From Mytilus edulis (taxonomy: Eukaryota): a stretch of 64,000 nucleotides of DNA. A program made the position numbers and the translations under genes. The notes under the pieces are model-generated. The model was given only the letters and a program-made list of their open reading frames with translations. It was not told the origin of the DNA and searched no databases. The stretch lies in NCBI RefSeq assembly GCF_963676685.1, contig NC_092353.1:36518001-36582000 (forward strand), read 5' to 3'. Below are positions 24,347 to 35,120 of the stretch, in pieces (the first letter of the stretch is position 1; each line of letters begins with the position of its first letter).

Positions 24347-25936
24347 ACTTTACTTTACAACATATTATAAAGTTATATTATCAGTTGTTACATGTAACTG
24401 ACCCTAGATATTACATTTATAATATGTTTCACACTCGTAGCTTTATTATTCTTCTTAAACAGTCCAGTTAGAATCGGGATGTCGAATCTGATGCCTTGTA
24501 TGAGTATAGTGCCATGCTTTCTACACATTAAGAACCCTTGCAACAACTCTTTGACGGATCCGTATGTGGCCAGTAGCAAGGCCAAATTTCTATCCCTATC
24601 CAATATAGCACTATTTTCCAGTGGCAGTCGAAATTAATTAATTAATTTTCCTTAACATCTTCATTTACATTCATATAATAGTTTGTTTTTAATTCTTTGT
24701 ATTGTGTTATTAAAGATCTGTTTGTATATATTTTGTTCTACTGTTATTGTGAATTTTAAAGTTTCACAAACCTTGGTTTGAGGTCTCTTTTGGAACAAAA
24801 TCTTTAAACTTAAGCTCATCGGAAAAATGATTGTTTCGGTTTTCTGCAAGGTCCCGTGGTCTCCTGTAGGTCATTTAGACTTCGATTGTAAGTTTCAAAA
24901 ATAGAATTTATATTTATGAATTGTTTCACTTTGTCCGCATGGTACAATTAAAAGATATTTTCAAATAGCCAATACTGTTCTCATACTTTCTTCATATATT
25001 TATTGGAGAATAGGATTATTAATGGATATTAAATTCAAAATCGTACCCCTATTAATATTCGGTTTAAAACGTTCTAATTGGCTAAAAATGGTAAACCAAT
25101 ATAAACTCGGCAAATTGAATGATAATATTTGCATATTTTAGTACAAGCAATGCAGTAAGCAATTGTATCTTAGATTATAAAGTGGCAATCTATTATAATA
25201 GAAAAACAAAGGATATGGGGTATATATCCATGTCACAAAATCAGTACATACACTACGAAAAACACAAGCAAAAAGCAAAAGAACAGCGTTGTATTGCTAT
25301 TCTATATCTCAAAGTAACCGCAAGGCCTTAAACACGGAACAAAGAACTTTCTTTTTTTTTTTTTTTTTTTTTTTATCTAAAATCTGATTTATTGCACTAT
25401 TGCTGTTATAATTAATACCATGTCTACAGCATTTGACAGGGCATCCCTGAAGCGTTAGTTTTACTGAACAAACAGGGAGATTGTTCAGTAAATTATTAAT
25501 AATAATAATAAATGGTTAGATTTACATGTTACAATATTGTGTATACAGATTATACAGATTACTACAGAAATTATTTTCCGGAAAAAAAATACATTCGTGA
25601 ACCGCTTTGACTCTGTATATATGCTAGTTGACCTGGTCATGACCTATTGATCAAGGATTACACGATGGAGGCAAATTAACAGTCGAAGCAGTTTGTTGTA
25701 TATTAATTATGTAGGTGAACATACTTGGTTACGAATTGAAGTACATTATATAATTATATTTATTTATGAGTATGCGATATATTAAATGAAGGATGCGTCA
25801 GAATAGTAGGGGTTTAATCTTTATCACTGATCATGATCATGACGAAGTCTACAACACGTGGTTTTAAGATTAACTAATATAGAGACACATGTATTGCTGA
25901 ATAAATTAGCATATAGCATATATGCGAGAATAATAA

Positions 25937-28900
25937 TTATATGTATAAGCTTATTTCTTTCAAAATTTTACCATGTTTACCACCTGAAAGTGTCGAAATA
26001 TTTAAGTAGTTCAAAAAATCTTTTTTGAACAGGGCATACACATCAAAATTTGTAGTTTTATAATTTGAACTGTGAGTGCACTTGTGGATAGAAAATGTAA
26101 TGAGTGTCACCAACAGATTTATATCATAATAATTGATATCACCGATTTTATATCCTATAATGAGGTTTCTGTAGTTTAGGATATGATGACCTATTTTAAC
26201 TTTATTTAATAGTATTTTGATCTTTTCCCAAAAAGTTTTAAAGTAACGACATTCTAGGAAAAAATGTTTATAATCTTCTGTTACATTACATAAGTCGCAT
26301 TTACTGTCTTCTTTTATCTTCCATTGAAAAAGCAATTGTTTGCAAGGAAGGATATGATGCAGCAATTTCCATTTAAATATTTTTAATCTGTTATCTTTTA
26401 AATAAGTAAATATAAAGTTAAGCATTGATTTAATTGGAATTAAGGAATCTAAATTTAGGACACGTTTCCATTTAAAGAAACCTGGAGGCGTGTCTTCATT
26501 TCCACTATTAATGTGTGTGTATATCTGTTTTGTTTCCATTACTTGTAAAATTATTATCTTATTTTTTTCTTTTGTATTGATGCAAAGGTTAAGTATATTT
26601 TTTACTTTTGATTTTATTGATTTTTCTGATTTAAGTACCTTGAGCCATTCATTTGGTAAGGCATAATTAAGTTTTGAAATTTCAAACATTAAATTGGATT
26701 TTGAGGATATTTTATTAGATATTATTTCTTGAGAGATATTACCATTTTGGTCTATTATATCGTTAACGTATATAATACCTTCTTTTATCCAATTTATAAA
26801 AACTAAACACTTTCCTTGAAATTTTATCAGTTTGTTTCCCCATAAGATTTGTTGTCTAATGTTTTTAAAATTCATATTGAGTTTGGTATTATTTAAATTT
26901 TGTACTTTGAACCAAGACTTTACAATTTCTAAGTAGAATTTTGGTAAAGTTTTATGTAGGTTTTGTATTGAGTAAATGTTGTCTAGATTCATGTAAAGTA
27001 GCATGAAATTAGCACCAAATTTATTAAAGTAAAATGTCGGAATTACTTTCCAGTTAGCAAAATCATCTGCAGTAAGTCTTTTTATCCATGCTATTTGTAG
27101 TGCAGTTATATAATTGTCTATATCTGTCATTTTAAGCCCTCCCTCAGTAGTATTTTTGCTAAGGGTGGTTCGTTTGACCTTTTCTCGTTTACCATCCCAT
27201 ATAAAATTGTAGATAATAGTTTTAAACTGTTGAATAAATTCATGTGGTAGGTTTGTGACTGAAGCTAAATATGTAAGGTTAGGTATAAGAAGAGATTTTA
27301 CAACTGTTATTTTACCTATCATTGTAAGATTTCTTTTTTTCCAATTACTTATTAATTTGTCACATTTCTGTATTATTTTTTCAGTATTCAGCTTATCACA
27401 TTCAGCTCGATCTGTTCCAAAATAAACTCCTAGACTTTTTATTGGTCCTTTATTCCATGTTATATTTTCAAACTTATCTTTACAATGTTTTAATTTTCCT
27501 AACCAAATGCCCTCAGTTTTTGATCTATTTAATTTTAAACCTGATAGCGTTCCAAAGATTTCAATAATATTAAGAGTGTGACGTACTTCATCTTTTGATT
27601 TTAGAAAAAGTGTTGTGTCGTCAGCTAATTGAGAAATCTTTAAACTGTGTGTTTTAGTATCTAGCTTAATTTGAAAACCTTTGATGTTGTTGTCTTGTCT
27701 TATTCTGCAGGACAAAATTTCTACAGCAATAACAAAAATCAGGGAACTTAACGGGCAGCCTTGTCTAATACCGCGTTTAATGTTATATGGTGATGAGATC
27801 CACCCATTGTTTAACATACAACCCGTTATGTCTTTGTACAGAGTTTTAACCCATTTGATAAAAGGATTTGGAAGGCCGAATTTCTTGAGTGCTTCATACA
27901 TAAATGGCCATTCCAATGAGTCAAAGGCCTTGGAAAAATCTATGAAGAGCAATGCTCCTTCAATATTAAAGTATTCTGCATGGTCTATTATGTCTTGAAT
28001 TTGACGAATGTTGAAACCTATATATCTATTTTTTATGTAACCATTTTGGTCACTATGGATGATTTTAGTTAGTATTGGTTTAAGACGTTGTGCTAAAGAA
28101 TATGCCATAAGCTTTGTATCAACATTGAGTAAAGTAATTGGTCTATAGTTGTCTAAAAGAAGTGGGTTTCCCTTTTTATATAATAAAGAGACTACTCCTA
28201 TTTTTTGTAGTGTGCTCATTTCTTCCTTTTGATAGCATGTGTTAAAAACTTTAACAACAATTTCTTTTAAATTTGTCCAGAAGGTTTGATAAAATTCTAC
28301 ACTGATCCCGTCGATGCCCGGTGATTTATTTAATTTCATAGATTTAATAGCTTCTGTACATTCTTTTATGGTAAGCTCCCCTTCTAGATTTTGAGTTTCC
28401 TCATGAGAAAGAGTTTTATCTACTTTTGTTTCTGTTATATATTTTTTTATTTCATTTTCATTAGGATTTGTACTTTTATATAAATTTTCATAGAAGTTTT
28501 TTTCTAACTTTAAAATTTCAGATGAATCTGTTATAATTTCTCCTTTTTCATTCGTAAGTGCAGAAATATTTTTATGAGTTTGTCTGGATTTTTCAAGGCC
28601 TATAAAAAATTTTGTGTTTTTTTCTCCTTCTTCTGTCCATTTTACACGTGATCTAACCTGAGCTCCCTTTGCTTCATTTATGTAAAGGTTCTCTAGTTTT
28701 TTCTCAGCATTGTTTATTCTATTTTGAACATTATTATCCTGTAAGTTTTCTGCATTTTCGTTCAATTTTTTTAATGACAGTTCTAATTTAATTATTTCAT
28801 TTTTATTTTCAGCTTGTTTTTGCCTACAGTATTTAATGGTTATGTCTCTTACTTCAGCTTTAAAAACGTCCCACTTAACTCGAGGATCTACAGCCGTAGT

Positions 28901-29743
28901 AAGTATTTTTTGTTTATAAGTTTGAATTAAGTTATTAATGAGATTTTGATATTTTGTGTCATTCAATATACTGTTATTAATTTTAAAGAAACCTCGGCCT
29001 CTACTGTGTGCTTTGTGTCTTAGCTTTAATGAAATTGCCTGATGATCAGTGTAAGAAATAGCAGCGGGTCTAATATCTGCTGCTGTAATATGTGGTCTTA
29101 TATCAGAGCTAATAAGAAAATAATCTATTCTGCTTGCTATGTTAAAGTTATTTTTCCTTCTCCAGGTGAACTGTCTTTTGTTTGGGTTAATTTCTCTCCA
29201 TATATCAACTAACTTATGTTTTTTTATTAATTGTTTCAAACTATTTACAGGTTTATTAAATTTTTGTGTACTTGTACTTTTTCTGTCGTTTTCAGTCAGA
29301 CTTTCATTTATATCCCCTCCAAGTATTAAAATGCCTAATCTATTATTTTCAATTAAGTTGTTTATTTTTTTGAAGAAAGAATTTCTATTTCTTTGTATAT
29401 TTGGTGCATAAACATTAACTAAAGTGAAGATGTTATTATCAAGTTCTACATTAATTAGAATAAACCTGCCCTCCTCATCTTTTATTTCATTTATTATTTT
29501 GTGATTTATGTTTTCTTTAATTAAAATTGAAACACCTCTGGATAGGGAATTGCCAAAGCTATGGTATATCTTACATTTAGTTTCACTATTTATTACATTT
29601 ATGTTTTTATCGGTGAAATGGGACTCTTGAATAAACAAGATGTCACATTTTTGATTTTCACACCAAATATATAGTCTGTCTCGCTTTTCTTTTTTTCCTA
29701 GCCCTTGGCAGTTCAAGGAGCAAATATTTAAATTATTACTCAT
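25937..29743 (-). CDS. L1/Tx1 ORF2: endonuclease + reverse transcriptase + zinc finger (1268 aa)
   Basis: SLNCQGL, IQESH, NVYAPN, GGDIN, SRIDYF, TDH. KSPGIDG, NYRPITLLN, DFSKAFD, RQGCPLS, LADD. CDLC...EDYKHFFLEC. Confidence 0.96.
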   Translation of the reverse strand: MSNNLNICSLNCQGLGKKEKRDRLYIWCENQKCDILFIQESHFTDKNINVINSETKCKIYHSFGNSLSRGVSILIKENINHKIINEIKDEEGRFILINVELDNNIFTLVNVYAPNIQRNRNSFFKKINNLIENNRLGILILGGDINESLTENDRKSTSTQKFNKPVNSLKQLIKKHKLVDIWREINPNKRQFTWRRKNNFNIASRIDYFLISSDIRPHITAADIRPAAISYTDHQAISLKLRHKAHSRGRGFFKINNSILNDTKYQNLINNLIQTYKQKILTTAVDPRVKWDVFKAEVRDITIKYCRQKQAENKNEIIKLELSLKKLNENAENLQDNNVQNRINNAEKKLENLYINEAKGAQVRSRVKWTEEGEKNTKFFIGLEKSRQTHKNISALTNEKGEIITDSSEILKLEKNFYENLYKSTNPNENEIKKYITETKVDKTLSHEETQNLEGELTIKECTEAIKSMKLNKSPGIDGISVEFYQTFWTNLKEIVVKVFNTCYQKEEMSTLQKIGVVSLLYKKGNPLLLDNYRPITLLNVDTKLMAYSLAQRLKPILTKIIHSDQNGYIKNRYIGFNIRQIQDIIDHAEYFNIEGALLFIDFSKAFDSLEWPFMYEALKKFGLPNPFIKWVKTLYKDITGCMLNNGWISSPYNIKRGIRQGCPLSSLIFVIAVEILSCRIRQDNNIKGFQIKLDTKTHSLKISQLADDTTLFLKSKDEVRHTLNIIEIFGTLSGLKLNRSKTEGIWLGKLKHCKDKFENITWNKGPIKSLGVYFGTDRAECDKLNTEKIIQKCDKLISNWKKRNLTMIGKITVVKSLLIPNLTYLASVTNLPHEFIQQFKTIIYNFIWDGKREKVKRTTLSKNTTEGGLKMTDIDNYITALQIAWIKRLTADDFANWKVIPTFYFNKFGANFMLLYMNLDNIYSIQNLHKTLPKFYLEIVKSWFKVQNLNNTKLNMNFKNIRQQILWGNKLIKFQGKCLVFINWIKEGIIYVNDIIDQNGNISQEIISNKISSKSNLMFEISKLNYALPNEWLKVLKSEKSIKSKVKNILNLCINTKEKNKIIILQVMETKQIYTHINSGNEDTPPGFFKWKRVLNLDSLIPIKSMLNFIFTYLKDNRLKIFKWKLLHHILPCKQLLFQWKIKEDSKCDLCNVTEDYKHFFLECRYFKTFWEKIKILLNKVKIGHHILNYRNLIIGYKIGDINYYDINLLVTLITFSIHKCTHSSNYKTTNFDVYALFKKDFLNYLNISTLSGGKHGKILKEISLYI

Positions 29744-30920
29744 CTAAATAATGAACTATACATGTATTAGCAAAGATTACTACAGAGATATACATCATAA
29801 CAAACTGTTTTAATTTGTTGTATACAATACAGCTATGACTAAACGTATAATAGTAGTAATGCATGAGTATATATAATATATATGTATCATTATAATATGT
29901 GTTTTTTACAATAATACAGTTTTGTACTTGTGCCTGTATGTAAATGTATATAGGAGCTTGATTTTCAGAAATTACTTTTTCTATTTTCAGATATTTGAAT
30001 TGTTCAATAAGGAGTGTTCGAGTGCTCAACAACATTATAACTGTGATCAAATGAAATATATTCTCAACAGTTTTTGATGACGTCTTAAATTTTCCATACA
30101 TTTGAACCTGGAAATGATATCTTTTTGTGTAGAATTCTTTGGAGATTTTTAAATGTTCACTTAACGCTGCTGTAAATGTGTGTATCATGTGTTTTAATAA
30201 GATATGGATCTGTACTTCAAGTGAATATACTGCGTCAAAATGATTAGCATAGCTGGTTGTGAAATATGTGTGTCTTGATAGTATGGTGCAAAAATATATG
30301 AGTGCAATTCGTTTCGTACTTCCTGTGTGTGATGCGGTATATGGTGATATACTACATATAGTTGCGTACCATATTTGCAATTTCGTAGGAATATGAAGTG
30401 GTTGGTATATTTTCCGATTATTCTTGTTTGAATTGCAGAAAATAGAAGATTTGTTTGTACAATCAGTGCTTACGTGTAATAAAAGCATTTTGGTGATGAA
30501 CCGAATTAAACAAATGCAGCCTAATGACGTGGATAGTAGAACTAGTGATCGTTTCATTTTGTTAACTAGTGAATAAAAGTTTTTTCTTTTTGTTGGTTTA
30601 ATGCTTGTTTTAAAATTATCTGTTTCTTTCAGACATATGTTTTTGTTGGTATTTTGTGAATAAACATACATATAAGATAAATTACATATTACACTGTTTT
30701 CTATTTCTACATCATCATGATCATCAATTGAGAACATATGATCTAGTTTTGTGTCATATTTCTCTTTTTGATTGGTTAATATACATGTACTACTCTTATC
30801 AACACAAATACAATATACAATATGTATAGAGGATAAGTAGTTTTCATTTTCGATATCATTATTCAAACACATATAATCTAAATTATATCGTATTTTTTTT
30901 TTTTTTTTTTTTTTTAACAT
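29736..30920 (-). CDS. Uncharacterised hydrophobic middle ORF of the Tx1 element (394 aa; possibly ~449 aa from 31086)
   Basis: 1185 nt with no stop codon in very AT-rich DNA, on the same strand as ORF1 and ORF2. Its stop overlaps the ORF2 start (ATGAGTAA). It has several hydrophobic segments. Confidence 0.55.
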   Translation of the reverse strand: MLKKKKKKKIRYNLDYMCLNNDIENENYLSSIHIVYCICVDKSSTCILTNQKEKYDTKLDHMFSIDDHDDVEIENSVICNLSYMYVYSQNTNKNICLKETDNFKTSIKPTKRKNFYSLVNKMKRSLVLLSTSLGCICLIRFITKMLLLHVSTDCTNKSSIFCNSNKNNRKIYQPLHIPTKLQIWYATICSISPYTASHTGSTKRIALIYFCTILSRHTYFTTSYANHFDAVYSLEVQIHILLKHMIHTFTAALSEHLKISKEFYTKRYHFQVQMYGKFKTSSKTVENIFHLITVIMLLSTRTLLIEQFKYLKIEKVISENQAPIYIYIQAQVQNCIIVKNTYYNDTYILYILMHYYYYTFSHSCIVYNKLKQFVMMYISVVIFANTCIVHYLDE

Positions 30921-31157
30921 AATAAATAAAAGTCATGAAAAAACATAAAATGAGAACATTGTTTATGTTTACCATAACATCAGTTGGACACATACAATCT
31001 ATTATTACAAAGAGTTCTTTTTTTTGTTTGTATTTTACACTATAAATAAAAACACAGAAAAAAAGTAAATATATACAAATGTTCATGGAAATAGGTATAT
31101 AATTTTACTATTTAATGCTTATAAAATTTATATACATTTAGTTGAGCCGGATGATAG

Positions 31158-32456
31158 TTAGGGTCCCTTTGGTTTCTGAATATTTGATGTTCGTTCGTGA
31201 ATTTGGTCAGTTGGTGTTGTTGCTGCGCGTTTGTCTTTGCGTCCATCAGGGGTTCCAACATTGTTGTTTCCTTGGAAGTGAAAGAACAATGTTGATTGAT
31301 TAGGATTGTCCTCGTTGTCTTTATTAAGTTGTTGTGTACCGGTTTTTTTGCCAGACTTTTTTTTAGCTTTTGCCTTTTTAATTTCATTGTTATGTTTGGA
31401 TGCTGAAATGCCTTGGTGTTCAGGTTCGTTCATAATGAGAGCTGCATCCTTTTTATTTGAAGCATTATAGCTGAAACTTGCGCTTGTCACATTGAAATTT
31501 TGCATAAAAGACGGAGACTGGTTGGTGGTTCCCATCTTTTCAGTATTTGTTTTAAGTTCAGATGTATTTTCATTTTCACTTGTTGAATCTTCAGATTCAT
31601 GCATGCTAGCATTATTGACGTTGACTGGATGTTCTTGAGCGTGGGCAATAACGGTCTCGAAATTTGGACATTCAGCTTTCTTATGTCCTGGGTTGTTGCA
31701 TGTTGTACATACCCACTCATTTGGGCATTCTCTGAGCACGTGCCCAGTTTGTAGACATTTGTTACATGTGAGCTGAGATGAATCAGTTTTCTGTTCTTTG
31801 TGTAACAAAACGGCCATATATTTACCAATTTTAAGAGTTCTAGGCAAGACCTTTTCCATGGGTTCACAGTATAATATCCTGTCTCCTGTTTGGCAGTTGG
31901 TGAGTAAACCGTCCACTCTGAGTCGCTCTCTGTCTAATGAGTGGACTGTCCCTCCAAGATTTTCTACTGCCCTCATAATCTGTCCATCCTCAGCAGAGCA
32001 TGGGATGTTCTTGACCCTAACACGCCAGTGATGAGGATTGTCATGATCGTATACCTTTGAATTAGGATTGCGGGTATAGATTTTCAAAAGTTTTTTCCTT
32101 AAAACCAGTCCCTTTGTTATTAAGGTGTCTCTGTCAGTTTCAGAGTCGGGATAAATTCGCCACATCCCTTTTACCCTTTGCAAACCTCTGAGGTTCCTAG
32201 AATTAACAATATGATCAATGGATTTGTAAAGTTCAACATGGTTGAGAAACTGACCTATGCTTGGTTTGACATCACCAAACAGGTCTTTCTCTAGCAGGAA
32301 AACTGGCTTAACCGAACCAAGTATCTCGTGTGGGTTCATGGGATTTTCAACCTGATTGTTGGCCATCAGACCGTTTTTCACTGCGTTTTTGTATGACTCT
32401 GGTAGGTTTTTAATATGGCTGACATCAGCACTATTGATGTCCGAACTTGCCATCAT
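31158..32456 (-). CDS. L1/Tx1 ORF1: RRM-like region + two CCHC zinc knuckles
   Basis: CNKCLQTGHVLREC and CTTCNNPGHKKAEC, VRVKNIP, TGDR. The first ATG is at 32456; the track's start at 32516 is a TTG. Confidence 0.92.
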   Translation of the reverse strand: MMASSDINSADVSHIKNLPESYKNAVKNGLMANNQVENPMNPHEILGSVKPVFLLEKDLFGDVKPSIGQFLNHVELYKSIDHIVNSRNLRGLQRVKGMWRIYPDSETDRDTLITKGLVLRKKLLKIYTRNPNSKVYDHDNPHHWRVRVKNIPCSAEDGQIMRAVENLGGTVHSLDRERLRVDGLLTNCQTGDRILYCEPMEKVLPRTLKIGKYMAVLLHKEQKTDSSQLTCNKCLQTGHVLRECPNEWVCTTCNNPGHKKAECPNFETVIAHAQEHPVNVNNASMHESEDSTSENENTSELKTNTEKMGTTNQSPSFMQNFNVTSASFSYNASNKKDAALIMNEPEHQGISASKHNNEIKKAKAKKKSGKKTGTQQLNKDNEDNPNQSTLFFHFQGNNNVGTPDGRKDKRAATTPTDQIHERTSNIQKPKGP

Positions 32457-32682
32457 CAAAATGGTTATTTGTCCGTATATTTGTGAAAGATATTGCAACA
32501 GATAGTTATAATACAAGTGTCTACCTAGTATGCACCTATTCAGTATACTTATACTCTGGATTACGTCTTTAAACTATTGATTTTACTTGGATTTGTAGGA
32601 GCGAAAAAATTTCCGTGGAATACCTTCGGCCCCTTACGTCATCTGAACTTTCATAAATATTCACAGTTCATTTATCTTGCAG

Positions 32683-32907
32683 GTCAATGAAACGTCAGAG
32701 AAACATCACGTGATGGTTAAAGTTGGTGGTGGTTGGGAGACACTGGAAGACTACATGGCCCGTCATGTTCCATACAAGTTTAAGATAACAGAGTATAAAC
32801 GGCCATTATATAATAACACGTGTGAAGTTAAAGACATATATCTTGGAATTAAGTCACATTATAAGTCCTGGAACCAGTCAAAACAGTTTTATTATTCACT
32901 ACTATAA
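32683..32907 (+). CDS. Stand-alone GAR domain protein, coding exon 2 (C-half of GAR + tail)
   Basis: tttatcttgcag| VNETSEKHHVMVKVGGGWETLEDYMARHVP… matches the GAR hallmark HVMVRVGGGW.TL..YL..HDP. Phase 0. Confidence 0.85.
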   Translation, partial: VNETSEKHHVMVKVGGGWETLEDYMARHVPYKFKITEYKRPLYNNTCEVKDIYLGIKSHYKSWNQSKQFYYSLL

Positions 32908-33669
32908 ATTCAAATATAATGGCAATGTTTTTATTATTGCGAAAAATGCGACAGGCTATCATCGAAATAATTTAAACTCGCGTTTTTAAATATTTTATAT
33001 GAATTAAACAGGATTTTACACAATATCTCAAATATTAAAATCGCATTTTAGTCCAAAATGACAAAATGGCAATAATAAATGCACGCACTTATTACTGAAT
33101 TTACAGTATTTTAAAATAAATACTTTTTGTAGAAACAATTGATTCGCTGAATGTTTTTTTGTAACTAATAGGTATCTAATATTGAATAACAACAAAACAA
33201 CATTCTGTAAGTAAAATACGACAGTAAACAAGAACACTTTTTTTTTTTAAACTGAATAAAATGAGAAATGGATCAAATGAACACTGCAATCACTGATTTC
33301 GTGGTTTCACAAATGTGCTACATGCATATTTCGTAAACAACAGAAGAAACAATCTGAGAAAGGGTATCTTGCTATTTAAATTATGTTTTAGAGGAGTACA
33401 TTGACAATATTTCTTGAGACAAAAGTTTATCAAACACCACCATACTTTTAAATACTTTAATAATAATAGAACTGGGCACTTAACTATAAATAATATAAAT
33501 TCTATTTTGATATAGATAATGTGCAGCTGTTCTTAACTTTTTATAACGATTATTTTGAATACATAAGTGAATTTTATTTTAATATGTTTATGTGAACACA
33601 AGTTTAAAACGATTTTACCTCTTAATTTTGCAATGTGTTATTCAGTTTACAAATTAAAAAAAATCTGAT

Positions 33670-34560
33670 GAAAGTGACATTATCAAGATTGATTTCTTAA
33701 TTGACAACATATTTGTTTAATTTGGAGGACGTGTATTTTAACAAGTATACGATATACACATTGGAGCCAACTATGCACGTCTTCTTTTTTTATTAATGTT
33801 GGGCTGACTATATACAAAAAACTTTTGACGATCTTAAAAAGTAGTTAAAGAAGTGAACAGTATCCTTTAACTTCACTTTCCACTATATTGATGATGTTCT
33901 CTCGTAATTTGGTGAACTTGATATAAAGATTATACATCAGATACAGTTGAATCTGCTTCATATCATTACTTATATATAGATTTGAAAATAAAGATCAGTT
34001 GCAAACAAAACTTTACTTTATTTCAGCATCCCGATTGTGACCTTTCCATTTCTATGTACAAAAATTCCAGCAGCGCCTGCATACCTCCCAAATGATACTT
34101 TATTACAGGGCATGTATTTTCATTGATAGATAATTGCTGCTCAAAAGGAAACTACTTAATCAAGAATTCCAAGTTTTGAAGTTTAAATCATCCTTTCGTA
34201 TATTTAACGGACACCATTACGTATTACTTGACCGTTATGGAATATCTGTTCCACGAATATTGATTGATATGATTAAATTGTCGTAGCTACAATCTCGTTC
34301 CCGTTTGCCCGGATGTGTCCTACCGAATTAGATTTAACATTCTGGTTTGTACTTACAATCCATCACGCCGGGAGCTTCATGTGAAGCAGCATCTGCCAAT
34401 CCTTCCGAAGCATCTGAGATCAACCTCCGTTTTAGTAGGTTTGTATTGTTCAGTCTTCAGATTTCCAACTTGTGTGTTGAGAGCTTTTGAATATCTGTTG
34501 GTTTATTTCTTTTTTAACCATGGCGTTGTTATATTTTTTTCAAAACTTTGAATTGAATCT
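33670..34560 (+). mobile_element. Degenerate Penelope-like retroelement remnant with 3' repeat
   Basis: Decayed RT motifs FLIDNIFV.FGGRVF, FNFTFHYIDDVLS, FPFLC..IPAAPAY, with many stops and frameshifts. Confidence 0.72.
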
Positions 34561-34804
34561 CACTTTTGTGTCTTTTGTTATTCTTGCACAAATAAAAAGT
34601 GTATTTCTTAGGATTGGTTTGTAGTGAAATAAATGTATTCTGTCGGTGTCAGTATTTAAATTGTAAACATCATTTTTCTGCAAAGTTGAATCTGACGCGT
34701 AGAGGGAATTGCTGTTAACAGTTCAATAGACCGTTTGATTGGTGAAGCATCTAATGTACACAGGCTAGCCTTTACGGTTTTTCGCTATTAGATATATAAC
34801 GTAT

Positions 34805-35120
34805 AAAAAACAATAGTAGTATACCGCTGTTCGAAATTCATACATCGATTGAGAAGAAAAAAAATCCGGGTTGCAAACTAAAACTGACGGAAACACATCA
34901 AATATAAGAGGAGAACTACGTCACAACAAAAACACAACATTAAAATGTAACACACACAGTAAAGAACTATAATATAACAATGGCCATTTTCTTGACTTGG
35001 TACAGGATATTTTAATAAAAAAAAAAGATGGTTGGTTGAACCTGTTTTTTGTGGCATGCTAAAACCCCCCGATTGTTTGGCAATGTAGAATATAACATTA
35101 AAATGACAACATTGCTTTAC
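34805..35120 (+). repeat. Dispersed SINE-like repeat
   Basis: Shared with 10385-10542 (inverted). Its cttgacttggtacagg core recurs at ~43875, ~50585 and ~56940. Confidence 0.65.

Larger units (their letters stand above)
25352..32644 (-). mobile_element. Full-length L1/Tx1-clade non-LTR retrotransposon (~7.3 kb) in the GAR gene intron
   Basis: Poly(A) tail (T run 25352-25374) with an upstream AATAAA. 8-bp TSD GAACTTTC at 25344-25351 and 32645-32652. ORF1 and ORF2 are intact. Confidence 0.95.

Noticed and set aside
13971-32907. A2 splicing to the GAR exon at 32683
   Set aside because: A2 has a stop and its donor region is decayed. The exon at 23580 fits in phase and completes the domain.
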